From contig CALRBT010000002.1 of NCBI GenBank assembly GCA_943354475.1, forward strand, positions 16,361 through 80,360: a DNA stretch of 64,000 nucleotides, written 5' to 3'. Below are positions 9,464 to 18,284 of this stretch, piece by piece. Both the position numbers and the translations under genes were made by a program. The DNA is from Parcubacteria group bacterium. Lineage in GTDB: Bacteria > Patescibacteriota > Minisyncoccia > Phycocordibacterales > CALRBT01. Numbering within the stretch: position 1 is the first letter of the stretch; each line of letters starts with the position of its first letter. The notes beneath the pieces were generated by a model. That model saw only the letters and a list, made by a program, of their open reading frames with translations. It was not told the DNA's origin and did no database searches.

Positions 9464-9832
9464 TTAAGACTTAAATACCGCCTCAAGGTTATGGCCGTTT
9501 GGGTCTATTATGAATGTCGCGTAATACCCTGGCTCATAGTCGCGCAGACCTGGAGCACCGTTATCAGTTGCGCCTTGCGCCAGGGCACTGGTATGGAAAG
9601 CTCGTACCGTATCCTCACTCTTGGCAGTAAAGGCAACGTGTGTGGATTTAGAGACAGGAGAGTCTTCAGTTGACTGCGCCACCTCAAACATGTCATGAGG
9701 GTTCGTTCCAAATCCAACAACAACACCAGGAATCTCAAACACGACTTGATAGCCGAGCGAACCAAGAACTGCCTCATAAAACGGTCGACTTTGGGCTAAG
9801 TCTTTTACCTTAATTTGTACGTGATCAAACAT
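9464..9832 (-). CDS. VOC/glyoxalase-bleomycin-resistance family protein
   Basis: MFDHVQIKVKDLAQSRPFYEAVLG...GHNLEAVF paired beta-alpha-beta-beta-beta modules. Confidence 0.8.
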   Translation of the reverse strand: MFDHVQIKVKDLAQSRPFYEAVLGSLGYQVVFEIPGVVVGFGTNPHDMFEVAQSTEDSPVSKSTHVAFTAKSEDTVRAFHTSALAQGATDNGAPGLRDYEPGYYATFIIDPNGHNLEAVFKS

Positions 9833-9984
9833 ATTTTAAATATAATAAGCACTTAGGTCACTCCGATACTAAAAAATTCTGGAGTGACAGGACTCGGTCA
9901 CAGATAATTTTCTGCGAAAATTTCCGCGACCCCGACTCGGCGACAAGTCCGAGCAAAGCTCGTCTTGTATACCGCCTCCGTCTT

Positions 9985-10071
9985 TCGAATCCCTCACCTT
10001 GCCTCACAAACACAAATCATTCAATTCTACTCATTGAATTCATTGTTTGTGGGCGGTGAGGGATTCGAATC
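9985..10071. repeat. ~87-bp imperfect palindrome whose arms are tRNA T-arm/acceptor-like (TCGAATCCCTCACC...GGTGAGGGATTCGAATC)
   Basis: right arm 10050-10071 (TGGGCGGTGAGGGATTCGAATC) is a near-copy of the tRNA-Val 3' end. Confidence 0.5.
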
Positions 10072-10180
10072 TTACAGATTCTGTACACCTTTTTGATTTG
10101 TTCAAAGCAAAGCTTCTCACAAATAACAAAAAGCTCTTCAAGTCCCCCACGAAAGCAAAATTGTTTGCTTTCTACCGCCC
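10050..10180 (-). other. 131-nt tRNA-like segment sharing the tRNA-Val acceptor stem (5' GGGCGGT...3' ACCGCCCA) but with a non-canonical interior; tRNA remnant, intron-containing tRNA or structured element
   Basis: ends pair as an acceptor stem identical to tRNA-Val; T-loop TTCGAAT; no canonical D or anticodon arm could be folded by eye. Confidence 0.3.
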
Positions 10181-10227
10181 ACAAAGTTAAAAACCTGATT
10201 TGCTCTGGTTTTTAACTTTGTGGGCGG
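10175..10227. repeat. 21-bp perfect hairpin (CCGCCCACAAAGTTAAAAACC-11 nt-GGTTTTTAACTTTGTGGGCGG) overlapping the 3' acceptor end of tRNA-Val
   Basis: read directly from the sequence. Confidence 0.7.
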
Positions 10228-10293
10228 TGAGGGACTTGAACCCCCGACATCGTCAACGTCAATGACGCGCTCTACCAACTGAGCTAACCGCCC
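10221..10293 (-). tRNA. tRNA-Val (anticodon GAC), CCA not encoded
   Basis: reverse complement folds as GGGCGGT-TA-GCTC/GAGC D-arm-CGTCA/TGACG anticodon stem with loop TTGACGT-GGGGG/CCCTC T-arm-ACCGCCC-A. Confidence 0.9.
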
Positions 10294-10365
10294 TTTATTT
10301 GCAACACTTATGCGAGTACTATATCAAGTTTTTTAGCTTGTTTCTAGTCAACTTTAGTGGTGTGG

Positions 10366-10481
10366 CTGTCAGATTTGAGCAAAGTTCTAGGCGCGAGCCT
10401 TGCGTGTGACCAAGATGTAGTAGGCCTACTTCGCGGGAGCACGCAAGGCGAAGCAACAACGAAATTTGCCAAATCTGACAG
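10366..10481. repeat. intergenic repeat family 1, copy A (12-bp terminal inverted repeats CTGTCAGATTTG / CAAATCTGACAG)
   Basis: conserved 5' GTTCTAGGCG and 3' CAACAACGAAATTTGCCAAAT blocks shared with copies at 17330, 19490, 31185 and 41218. Confidence 0.7.
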
Positions 10482-10486
10482 TTCCA

Positions 10487-11254
10487 CTATTTCGTCAAAT
10501 TCTCGTTATAGTTCAATATCTTCCACCCTCTTCCTGCGGTTATCCATTTCTTCCATGGAGTATACTCGCAGACTGTTACTCCCCCGTTATCCGCTGGGTT
10601 AAAGAAGCTAAGTCTCACGTAAGCAGAATTATGTAAATCTTTTCCGTTTAAAATATATGACAGCAACATCTTAAGGAAGACACCGTGTGTCACCACAACA
10701 ATTCTCCAACTAAAACTGCTTCCCAGAAAATCTAAGCATTTCCGGGCGCGTTTTTTTAAATCATTAAAATTCTCTTCATCAGAATAACGCATGTCATCGG
10801 CATGATAACTCAGATCGATTAAATCAATTATTTTCTTTACTTCAAGGTCGTAATAGGATTTGCCAACAATTTCACTTGGATTTCGCCTTTCGACCAAGAG
10901 TGGACTATATCTAACAGAAGTATTTAGGGACTTATTGATGATTTCCGCAGTTTCGGTGGTGCGCTCATAAGGACTAACGTACATTTTTTGAATATTGTAT
11001 TGCTTCAAATATTCTCCTATCCGCTCTGCTTGCTCTTTACCGGCTTCGGTGAGTCCACCTTTATTATTCTGTTTAATGTGTTCTTTATTGAGAATCGTTT
11101 GACCATGGCGAATAAAGTAAAAACGCTTGGTTCGTAATCTAAAAATAAAATAGAGGAGGAAAACTCCTGCGCCAATAACTACCAGCCAATAATCTAAGTA
11201 TGCCTTCTCCAGATAATAGAGATAAAACTGAAAAATAGTATTGAGTTCGCTCAT
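10487..11254 (-). CDS. histidine phosphatase (PGAM-like) family protein with N-terminal TM anchor
   Basis: FYFIRHGQT (RHG catalytic motif), LTEAGKEQA, N-terminal hydrophobic helix. Confidence 0.75.
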   Translation of the reverse strand: MSELNTIFQFYLYYLEKAYLDYWLVVIGAGVFLLYFIFRLRTKRFYFIRHGQTILNKEHIKQNNKGGLTEAGKEQAERIGEYLKQYNIQKMYVSPYERTTETAEIINKSLNTSVRYSPLLVERRNPSEIVGKSYYDLEVKKIIDLIDLSYHADDMRYSDEENFNDLKKRARKCLDFLGSSFSWRIVVVTHGVFLKMLLSYILNGKDLHNSAYVRLSFFNPADNGGVTVCEYTPWKKWITAGRGWKILNYNENLTK

Positions 11255-11290
11255 GACTTCTCATTCTAACAAATTTAACGAAAGGGTGTA

Positions 11291-11935
11291 CTAAACATCT
11301 GACCTGATATTTGGGTTATCGATAGTATATCCATAAAGACCCCCTTGTTTCGAGAGCCATAGTACATCGGCTTTAGTAAAGGCGACACCAACCACTAATC
11401 TTACCTTGGGCATTGCTTGGATTACCCTAGGCAGAGAGACAAGTGACCAGACTAATTTAAATGCAAAACGCTGTATTCGATCCCCCCAACCAAGCAAAAT
11501 CATGTCAGGCTTGTACATTTGTGAGTACTTTGCAATATGTTGTGGCAAAGGGGCGATAATGCCGAGTTTGTGTTCCCTTGGTTCATTCCAAGGAAACTTC
11601 GATGCAATGTGGGGAAAGGCAAAGAATGTTACCCGCTTTTCTAGACCAAATTGTTTAACAAAATCGACTGCTAATTTATAAAACCTCTCCTCGTACTCCT
11701 TACATTCAATCAGTAATTCAAGCTCTGTTTCTCGAAGGTAGTTCAGTGCTTCCTCGAAGGTCAGCACCTTGTTATCTTTGGCACGATTATGAATCACGAC
11801 AATCGTCTTACCATCAACTCCATATCTAATATCAAACTCCACGCCATCAATCCCAGCCTCTTTTGATTTCTTAAACGCTTCAATCGTGTTTTCGCCCGCG
11901 CCAGCACTCCATCCTCGATGTGCAAATGATTTCAT
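11291..11935 (-). CDS. glycerophosphodiester phosphodiesterase (GDPD) family protein
   Basis: HRGWSAGAGENTIEAF...GIDGVEFDIR (GDPD HR...EN...E.D signature). Confidence 0.8.
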   Translation of the reverse strand: MKSFAHRGWSAGAGENTIEAFKKSKEAGIDGVEFDIRYGVDGKTIVVIHNRAKDNKVLTFEEALNYLRETELELLIECKEYEERFYKLAVDFVKQFGLEKRVTFFAFPHIASKFPWNEPREHKLGIIAPLPQHIAKYSQMYKPDMILLGWGDRIQRFAFKLVWSLVSLPRVIQAMPKVRLVVGVAFTKADVLWLSKQGGLYGYTIDNPNIRSDV

Positions 11936-11947
11936 GAAGTATGAGGT

Positions 11948-12634
11948 TTATTCTGCCTGTACAGACGCACGAGTCATCGGACCAAAAAATCCAAGTGTTG
12001 GTGTGATTCCTTTGCTCTCCTGATATCGCTTAACTGCATTTCTTGTAAGAGGGCCAAAGTACCCTTTGGGAACTCCTTGGGGAATTATCAAAAGAGATTT
12101 GCGTTCTAAAAAAGTTTGCAAAGCAACAACGTCTTCCCCGGTACTGCCCAACGTTAAATTCCTCGCGTATGCATAGACACTGAGGATAGTTGTAGAACTT
12201 TTTTCTTTATCCAACGCAATAACAGTTTGATCGTTCTCCGTGTCGTGTACCAAACTAGTACTTCCACAATCAATTCCACTCTGCAACCTACCACTCAACC
12301 TACCACTTCCCTCTGGATAGATGGAGGCGAACACAATATAGGTAGCTCCTTTTTGATAGAAAATATTACCGTCTACTAGACCAGTCCATGACCTAATGCC
12401 ATAAATTTTCATACTACTCGACACATCTCCCTTCCAAGATTTAATTAGAGAAAACTGCGCGTACTCATCTTCCCTTACAGTTGATGTATGTACTTCATTA
12501 GCGGTACCTAAGAAGATGACATCTCCTCGATCCAACAGCCTCTCTGGAGGTTGGATGCACGAGAGGGCTGAAGCATTTTGTGAAAAACCAAACAAAGTTA
12601 CGGAAATAATAAAAAGGCTAAGTAAAAATTTCAT
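11948..12634 (-). CDS. secreted protein with C-terminal peptidoglycan-binding (PG_binding_1-like) domain
   Basis: signal peptide; C-terminal GEDVVALQTFLERKSLL...GYFGPLTRNAVKRYQESKGI motif. Confidence 0.7.
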   Translation of the reverse strand: MKFLLSLFIISVTLFGFSQNASALSCIQPPERLLDRGDVIFLGTANEVHTSTVREDEYAQFSLIKSWKGDVSSSMKIYGIRSWTGLVDGNIFYQKGATYIVFASIYPEGSGRLSGRLQSGIDCGSTSLVHDTENDQTVIALDKEKSSTTILSVYAYARNLTLGSTGEDVVALQTFLERKSLLIIPQGVPKGYFGPLTRNAVKRYQESKGITPTLGFFGPMTRASVQAE

Positions 12635-12705
12635 GTATTAACTGTAGCATCAAACCAATAACTCAGATAGTTCAATTCTCTATAAGAAAAATGGGATAAC
12701 TTTTT

Positions 12706-12775
12706 GTGACCCTACGCGGAGTTAAATTGAGCTTACAGCCTTGAAAAGGCTCTAAGTGATGGGAATTTCATGCGA
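12706..12775 (-). pseudogene. degenerate partial copy of tRNA-Glu (3' end 16/16 identical, anticodon-arm region about 85% identical, 5' half diverged)
   Basis: TGACCCTACGCGGAGT...CTTACAGCCTTGAAAAGGC aligns to the 13111-13182 tRNA-Glu. Confidence 0.55.
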
Positions 12776-12783
12776 ATAAATGC

Positions 12784-13068
12784 CTAGTAGAAACCTGAAA
12801 TGGTAATTCCAAAAATTGCTATGAGAACAATGCCGGTTGCCACACAAACCAAACCCAATTGTTTCGTCCCGCGCCCTCCCGTCCTCCTAGAGTTGAATAG
12901 TATCTCGTCCGCTAGAGTAGGGTTATTGCTCAATCGTTTTAATATTTTTTTATCTATCCAAATGAGCCAAATACCTAATACCAGGAGGATCAATCCGAAC
13001 ACACCAATAAGATTCAACATCATAGTTTCAGACATATAGATAAGGATATCATGACTTGCTGGCTCCAT
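12784..13068 (-). CDS. hypothetical small membrane protein (2 predicted TM helices), lying between the tRNA-Glu 3' end and its partial duplicate
   Basis: ORF with two long hydrophobic stretches. Confidence 0.4.
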   Translation of the reverse strand: MEPASHDILIYMSETMMLNLIGVFGLILLVLGIWLIWIDKKILKRLSNNPTLADEILFNSRRTGGRGTKQLGLVCVATGIVLIAIFGITISGFY

Positions 13069-13110
13069 AAATCACACAATCTCACACAGGCGAGATGTTT
13101 GTGTCTTTTG

Positions 13111-13182
13111 TGACCCTACGCGGAGTCGAACCGCGCTTACAGCCTTGAAAAGGCCGTGTCCTAACCGATAGACGATAGGGCC
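13111..13182 (-). tRNA. tRNA-Glu (anticodon UUC)
   Basis: reverse complement GGCCCTA-TC-GTCT..GGAC-A-CGGCC-TTTTCAA-GGCTG-TAAG-CGCGG-TTCGACT-CCGCG-TAGGGTC-A. Confidence 0.9.
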
Positions 13183-13329
13183 AAATATTCTTGATTCCAA
13201 AACACCATTTTGTGCCACTATTCGGAGCTGTGGCAAACCGCGCCGATATAGGGCCAAATATTCTTGATTCCAAAACACCATTTTGTGCCACTATTCGGAG
13301 CTGTGGCAAACCGCACCAATAGGGCCAAA
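13178..13329. repeat. direct tandem repeat, 2.1 copies of a 72-bp unit that begins with the first 5 nt of tRNA-Glu (GGGCC) plus the adjacent 5' flank
   Basis: 13178-13249 and 13250-13320 differ at 3 positions; a third partial copy GGGCCAAAT at 13321. Confidence 0.85.
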
Positions 13330-13451
13330 TGGCTATTTGAACTTCAAGAATATAACACTTTTATGCGTTTTGTGCAAAAAATGCTAGTATGGCAAAATTG
13401 GCTAAACCGATTGCAAGCAATCGGTCGCCCAACCTGCAATATCAGGTTTAG

Positions 13452-13541
13452 GGAGACGTGGGTGAGTGGTTGAAATCACCGCTTTCGAAAAGCGGCGTAC
13501 GGGAAACCGTACCGGAGGTTCAAATCCTCCCGTCTCCGCCA
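13452..13541 (+). tRNA. tRNA-Ser (anticodon CGA), class II long variable arm, CCA encoded
   Basis: GGAGACG-TG-GGT..ATC-A-CCGCT-TTCGAAA-AGCGG-variable arm CGTACGGGAAACCGTAC-GGAGG-TTCAAAT-CCTCC-CGTCTCC-G-CCA. Confidence 0.9.
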
Positions 13542-13558
13542 GAAATCGAAAAAGCAAT

Positions 13559-14728
13559 ATGAAAATTCTCTCAATCGAAACCAGCTGTGATGAAACTGCC
13601 ATCTGCCTCCTTGAGGCGAGTGGTGGTAAAGAAGCACCTGAGTTTAAAATTCTCGGCAACGGACTCATGTCACAAATCGAAATCCACAAACCGATGGGGG
13701 GAGTGGTGCCCATGCTTGCCAAAAGAGCCCATGGGGTTAATCTCGTGCCAATCCTCTTGGAAGTACTGCGTGAGGCAGAAGTTCTCGAAACAGCCGATCA
13801 AATCGAAAACAAACCGACTGAAGAAATTTCAAAAATCTTAGAAAGAGAGCCGGAACTCCTTGATGCGTTTATCAACAACCTCCTCACCATAGAACCACCT
13901 GACATTGATGCTATTGCGGTCACTTCAGGACCGGGGCTTGAACCAGCACTCTGGGTCGGCATCAACTTCGCAAAAGCACTTGGACTCCTCTGGAATAAGC
14001 CAGTCATCGCTATCAATCACATGGAGGGGCATGTCCTCTCAGCTCTAATGGAAGGAAAATTGTGGTTTCCAGCACTGGCCCTGCTTATCTCAGGTGGACA
14101 CACCGAGCTGGTGCATATAACAGACTGGCTTCAATATAAAGTCATTGGTGAGACGCGTGACGACGCAGTCGGTGAAGCGTTCGATAAGGTGGCGCGTATG
14201 ATGGGACTTCCCTACCCTGGTGGTCCTGAAATTTCCAAACTTGCTGAAATCGCTCGTACACAAGGCATCGTCTCAACGTATAAACTTCCACGTCCAATGA
14301 TCAATTCTGACGATTTTGCCTTCTCTTTCGCTGGACTTAAAACTGCAATGCTCTACACGATTAAAAAAATTCCCGAGCTGACTGATGAAATAAAGATGGG
14401 GCTGGCGCGTGAATTCGAAGATGCTGTCGTCGAGGTCTTGATTGCAAAAACAAAAAAAGCGCTAAAACAATTTGGCGCAAAAAGTTTGATTCTTGGTGGT
14501 GGTGTTACGGCAAACAAGGAAATTCGCCGAGCATTCGAAGAAATGTTCGAAGAAGAAATGCTGGACGAGCTTCCGACCACGTCACTAATGATTCCTGATC
14601 GCCTCCTCTCAACCGATAACGCGATTATGATTGGTATGGCCGCCTACATCAGATTACTTCTTAATCCATCTTTAAAAGAGGAGGGTTATGAGTCAATCAA
14701 GGCTGAAGGAAATCTCAGACTAGGCTAA
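13559..14728 (+). CDS. tsaD: tRNA N6-adenosine threonylcarbamoyltransferase TsaD (Kae1/Gcp/YgjD family); the track ORF 13466 start lies inside tRNA-Ser, so it is trimmed to the ATG at 13559
   Basis: MKILSIETSCDETAICLL, HMEGHVLSA metal-binding motif, GGGVTANKEIR. Confidence 0.85.
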   Translation: MKILSIETSCDETAICLLEASGGKEAPEFKILGNGLMSQIEIHKPMGGVVPMLAKRAHGVNLVPILLEVLREAEVLETADQIENKPTEEISKILEREPELLDAFINNLLTIEPPDIDAIAVTSGPGLEPALWVGINFAKALGLLWNKPVIAINHMEGHVLSALMEGKLWFPALALLISGGHTELVHITDWLQYKVIGETRDDAVGEAFDKVARMMGLPYPGGPEISKLAEIARTQGIVSTYKLPRPMINSDDFAFSFAGLKTAMLYTIKKIPELTDEIKMGLAREFEDAVVEVLIAKTKKALKQFGAKSLILGGGVTANKEIRRAFEEMFEEEMLDELPTTSLMIPDRLLSTDNAIMIGMAAYIRLLLNPSLKEEGYESIKAEGNLRLG

Positions 14729-14744
14729 AACTAGTAAGGGCGGA

Positions 14745-14995
14745 GAGCGCTGCTCCCCGCCACCCTTCAATCGGTCTGCGAATCGTCTTTTTCGTGAAAA
14801 TCTTCCCCAGGCCGAGCGTCCGAGGGCTCCTTGATTGGACCGTACGGGAAGCCTGCGGTCGACATCTTCACCTCAGGTCTCGAGCCTTCTCCAGACACGG
14901 AGGATTGCTTTGCGGGCATAAGGGGTGTATCCCGCCGAATATGACGGCTAAGTCTACTCATGGTCTTTGCTCCCAGAGTTAAACGCTGTCAGTTG
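14745..14995. ncRNA. GC-rich structured intergenic block (candidate ncRNA; identity unresolved, weak resemblance to the SRP RNA helix-8 GGAAGC context)
   Basis: about 55-60% GC in a roughly 40% GC genome, nested hairpins (GGACCG..CGGUC, CCUC-GUCU..AGAC-GAGG), no credible ORF, sits between tsaD and valS. Confidence 0.3.
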
Positions 14996-15125
14996 AAGAA
15001 TTTAGGCACTTGTATCCATCCACAATAAAACCATTCACTATATATAAAGTCAATCATTACCTGTGAAGAAGTCGTAAAACTAGACTCTTTCAATCGAACA
15101 AATCATCTGGTATTCTGAGGATTCT

Positions 15126-17330
15126 ATGGATGATAAATTCTTAAAACCCTACAACCCCAAAGAAGTCGAGGGAAAAATCTACCAAACATGGGAGGATTCT
15201 GGCTATTTTAATCCCGACAAACTCCCCAATCAGTCAGGTGAGCCGTTTACCGTAGTTCTCCCTCCCCCAAACGTTACCGGTACGCTCCACGTTGGGCACG
15301 CTTATGAAGACACTTTGCAAGACATCGTTATCCGCTTCCAGCGAATGCGTGGAAAGAGAGCCCTTTGGATCCCTGGCACCGATTCGGCGGCAATCGCCAC
15401 ACAAGCACGTGTTGAGAAAAATCTGCAAAAAGATGAGGGGAAAACGCGCCACGACCTTGGACGTGAAGAAATGGTAAAACGGACTTATGAATTTGCTAAA
15501 AACAGCGAGAGCACCATCCTTAACCAGGTGCGAAAAATGGGTGCAAGCCTTGATTGGTCTCGTTATGCCTACACGCTCGACGACAAGCGAAATCTCGCTG
15601 TATTTACCGCATTCAAGCGTATGTATGATGCAGGACTGATTTATCGTGGATCGCGAATCATCAACTGGGACCCGAAGGGTCAAACGACCATATCAGATGA
15701 TGAAGTCGTCTATGAAGAGGAAAAGAGTAAATTCTACTATTTTAAATATGGACCATTTGTTATTGGTACCGCTCGGCCCGAGACAAAATTTGGCGACAAA
15801 TACGTCGTTGTCCATCCAGATGACAGCAGATATAGCGCATATACCCATGGTCAGAAAATTGAGCTCGAGTGGATAAACGGACCAATTATAGCTACGGTTA
15901 TCAAAGACTCGGCTGCCGACATGGAAATGGGTACTGGCGCCATGACCATCACCCCATGGCACTCACTCGTCGACTTTGAACTAGCGGAGAAATATGACTT
16001 GGATAAAGAACAAGTGATTGATAAGTATGGAAAATTACTACCAATTGCGGGTGAATTTGCTGGCATGAAAATAACTGAAGCGAGGGAGAAGATTGTAGAG
16101 AAACTCCAAGCTAAAGGGCTCGTAGAAAAAATCGACGAAAACTATGTCCACAACATCGCAACCTCTGAGCGCACCGGAGCAACCATTGAACCTCAGATTA
16201 TGGAACAGTGGTTTGTTGCGGTAGATAAAGAATTCACCATCCCCTACTCTGAAATCCCCGGTATTGAAAGTGGCAGCAAAATAACCCTCAAGGAAATGAT
16301 GCGAACCGCTGTTGAGGGCGGCGCAGTCGATATGCCACAAGAAGGTTTCCGTAAAACATATCTCCACTGGATTTTGAACCTCCACGATTGGTGTATCTCC
16401 AGGCAAATTTGGTTTGGACATCGTATTCCTGTTTGGTATAAAAATAACGAAATTTATTGTGGAGTTAGTGCGCCTGAGGGTGATGGTTGGGAACAAGATC
16501 CTGACGTACTCGACACCTGGTTTTCTTCTGCACTTTGGACATTCTCAACATTGGACTGGCCAGAGAAGACTGTTGACCTCAAGACATTTCATCCAACCGC
16601 TTTCATGTCCCCTGCTTATGAGATTTTGCAGCTATGGGTATCTCGTATGATCCTTATGAGTGGCTTCCACTTGGGACAAGCTCCGTTTAAAAAGGTATTG
16701 ATACACGGACTCGTACGAGCAAAGGATGGCCGTAAATTCAGTAAATCACTCAATAATGGAGTTGATCCACTAGACATGGTTGAAAAGTATGGAGCTGATG
16801 CACTACGAATGGGGCTTATCGTTGGTTCCGCTATTGGAAGCGATATTAAGTTCGATGAACAGAGAATTCGTGGATACAAACTCTTTGCTAATAAAATTTG
16901 GAATGTGACCAGATTTATATTAGAGAATGCGAAGGATTTTGATAGTGAAGCGAAACTTGTCGATTATACAGGTACAGATACAGGAGCTTACTCAATGCAT
17001 GCGACCTACCACAATCAACTTAAAACAAGTCTTGAAGATATAACGCTTGATCTTGAAAACTACCGTCTGTATTTAGCCGGTGAAAAGATTTATCATTATT
17101 TCTGGCACACTTTTGCAGATGAAATCATTGAATGGAGTAAACCACTACTTAAAAGTGGTGATGAAAAAGAAAAATGGGCGACTCAGCACCTGCTTTTATC
17201 TATTTTAGCTGATACAATAAAAGTACTTCATCCGTTCATGCCATTTGTTACCGAAGAAATCTGGAGTTCACTGCCCGCACAGCTCAAAAAACAAAAACTG
17301 CTGATGGTTGAGCCATGGCCATTATCCTAG
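15126..17330 (+). CDS. valS: valyl-tRNA synthetase (C-terminally short form, no coiled-coil tail)
   Basis: PPPNVTGTLHVGHA (HIGH region, ValRS-type), KFSKSLNNGVDP (KMSKS), CP1 editing insertion present. Confidence 0.9.
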   Translation: MDDKFLKPYNPKEVEGKIYQTWEDSGYFNPDKLPNQSGEPFTVVLPPPNVTGTLHVGHAYEDTLQDIVIRFQRMRGKRALWIPGTDSAAIATQARVEKNLQKDEGKTRHDLGREEMVKRTYEFAKNSESTILNQVRKMGASLDWSRYAYTLDDKRNLAVFTAFKRMYDAGLIYRGSRIINWDPKGQTTISDDEVVYEEEKSKFYYFKYGPFVIGTARPETKFGDKYVVVHPDDSRYSAYTHGQKIELEWINGPIIATVIKDSAADMEMGTGAMTITPWHSLVDFELAEKYDLDKEQVIDKYGKLLPIAGEFAGMKITEAREKIVEKLQAKGLVEKIDENYVHNIATSERTGATIEPQIMEQWFVAVDKEFTIPYSEIPGIESGSKITLKEMMRTAVEGGAVDMPQEGFRKTYLHWILNLHDWCISRQIWFGHRIPVWYKNNEIYCGVSAPEGDGWEQDPDVLDTWFSSALWTFSTLDWPEKTVDLKTFHPTAFMSPAYEILQLWVSRMILMSGFHLGQAPFKKVLIHGLVRAKDGRKFSKSLNNGVDPLDMVEKYGADALRMGLIVGSAIGSDIKFDEQRIRGYKLFANKIWNVTRFILENAKDFDSEAKLVDYTGTDTGAYSMHATYHNQLKTSLEDITLDLENYRLYLAGEKIYHYFWHTFADEIIEWSKPLLKSGDEKEKWATQHLLLSILADTIKVLHPFMPFVTEEIWSSLPAQLKKQKLLMVEPWPLS

Positions 17331-17451
17331 GACTTTGTATGACTGAGCGAAGTTCTAGGCGGAATCGAGGTTGCGACTGAGTCATACTAAACGTATGATG
17401 AAGGAGAAACTGAAGACTCCAACAACGAAATTCGCCAGTTATACAAAGTCC
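17330..17451. repeat. intergenic repeat family 1, copy B (inverted ends GGACTTTGTAT / ATACAAAGTCC)
   Basis: contains GAAGTTCTAGGCGGAATCGAGGTTGCGACT..CATACTAAACGTATG..GAAGGAGAAAC..CAACAACGAAATTCGCCA. Confidence 0.75.
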
Positions 17452-17454
17452 TAC

Positions 17455-18279
17455 ATGAGTTTTTTCTCACCTTTAAATATTTTAATTGCCTTTGCAATGG
17501 GGATACTCCCCGCACTTTTATGGCTATGGTTTTGGCTCCATGAAGACAGTCTGCATCCCGAACCAAAGAAAATCATCATTATCACCTTCATCGTTGGTAT
17601 GCTGGCAACAATTCCAGCACTCTTTGGTGAGAGTTATGTTTGTGGTTTATTTACAGAAACTAGCTCAGCAGGAAACTTTCTTACAAACATAGGGCTTGGC
17701 GCAGCCAATGATTTTAAAATTGATTGTATTGGAACATCCTTTGTAGGTAATCTTGCCCTTCTCGTTGTAATTCTATGGGTAGTCATCGAGGAAGTGGTTA
17801 AGTTTGGTGCTGTTTACGTTTCAGCACTCTGGAGAAAGGAGAACAATGAGCCGATAGATAGTTTGATTTATTTTATCACTGGAGCACTTGGATTTTCTGC
17901 TGCTGAAAACAGTCTTTATCTTCTCTCCGCACTAAGCACAGACGGTTCAGCTATTCAAAGTATCGTCTTGGGTAATTTCCGATTCCTCGGAGCAACACTT
18001 CTTCATACCGTTTCAACCGGTGCAATTGGACTCGCTTTGGCGCTCTCCTATTTTAAACCAAGGTGGCTTCGAAGTTCTGCGGTTATCATCGGAGTTATTA
18101 TCGCAATCGCATTGCATACGATGTTTAATTTATTTATACTTAGAAGTGATGATGGAAATTTCTTGGCGACGTTTGGTTTTGTTTGGCTCGCTTCAATTGT
18201 CCTATTACTCTTTTTTGAAAAAGTAAAAGTAGTTCACCAAAAATATTATTCCACTGAACCAATTACTCCAACTCTTTAA
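17455..18279 (+). CDS. PrsW-family intramembrane metalloprotease-like protein (start uncertain; the longest ORF from 17371 begins inside repeat copy B)
   Basis: multi-TM; VIEEVVKFG (EExxK), GFSAAEN, and His-containing TM motifs (LLHTVSTG, ALHTMFN) typical of PrsW/CAAX-like proteases. Confidence 0.65.
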   Translation: MSFFSPLNILIAFAMGILPALLWLWFWLHEDSLHPEPKKIIIITFIVGMLATIPALFGESYVCGLFTETSSAGNFLTNIGLGAANDFKIDCIGTSFVGNLALLVVILWVVIEEVVKFGAVYVSALWRKENNEPIDSLIYFITGALGFSAAENSLYLLSALSTDGSAIQSIVLGNFRFLGATLLHTVSTGAIGLALALSYFKPRWLRSSAVIIGVIIAIALHTMFNLFILRSDDGNFLATFGFVWLASIVLLLFFEKVKVVHQKYYSTEPITPTL

Positions 18280-18284
18280 AATTT

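Noticed and set aside
10050-10180. tmRNA at the tRNA-like segment
   Set aside because: It is only about 131 nt, with no tag-reading-frame or pseudoknot region, and the acceptor stem is shared with tRNA-Val rather than being tRNA-Ala-like.
13402-13841. ORFs overlapping tRNA-Ser and the tsaD start (13402-13722 minus, 13587-13841 plus)
   Set aside because: They overlap a confident tRNA and the TsaD N-terminus.
14729-15125. T-box leader upstream of valS
   Set aside because: No T-box consensus (AATTAGGGTGGTACCGCG) or specifier-loop/antiterminator architecture was found. It is treated as an independent structured RNA candidate instead.
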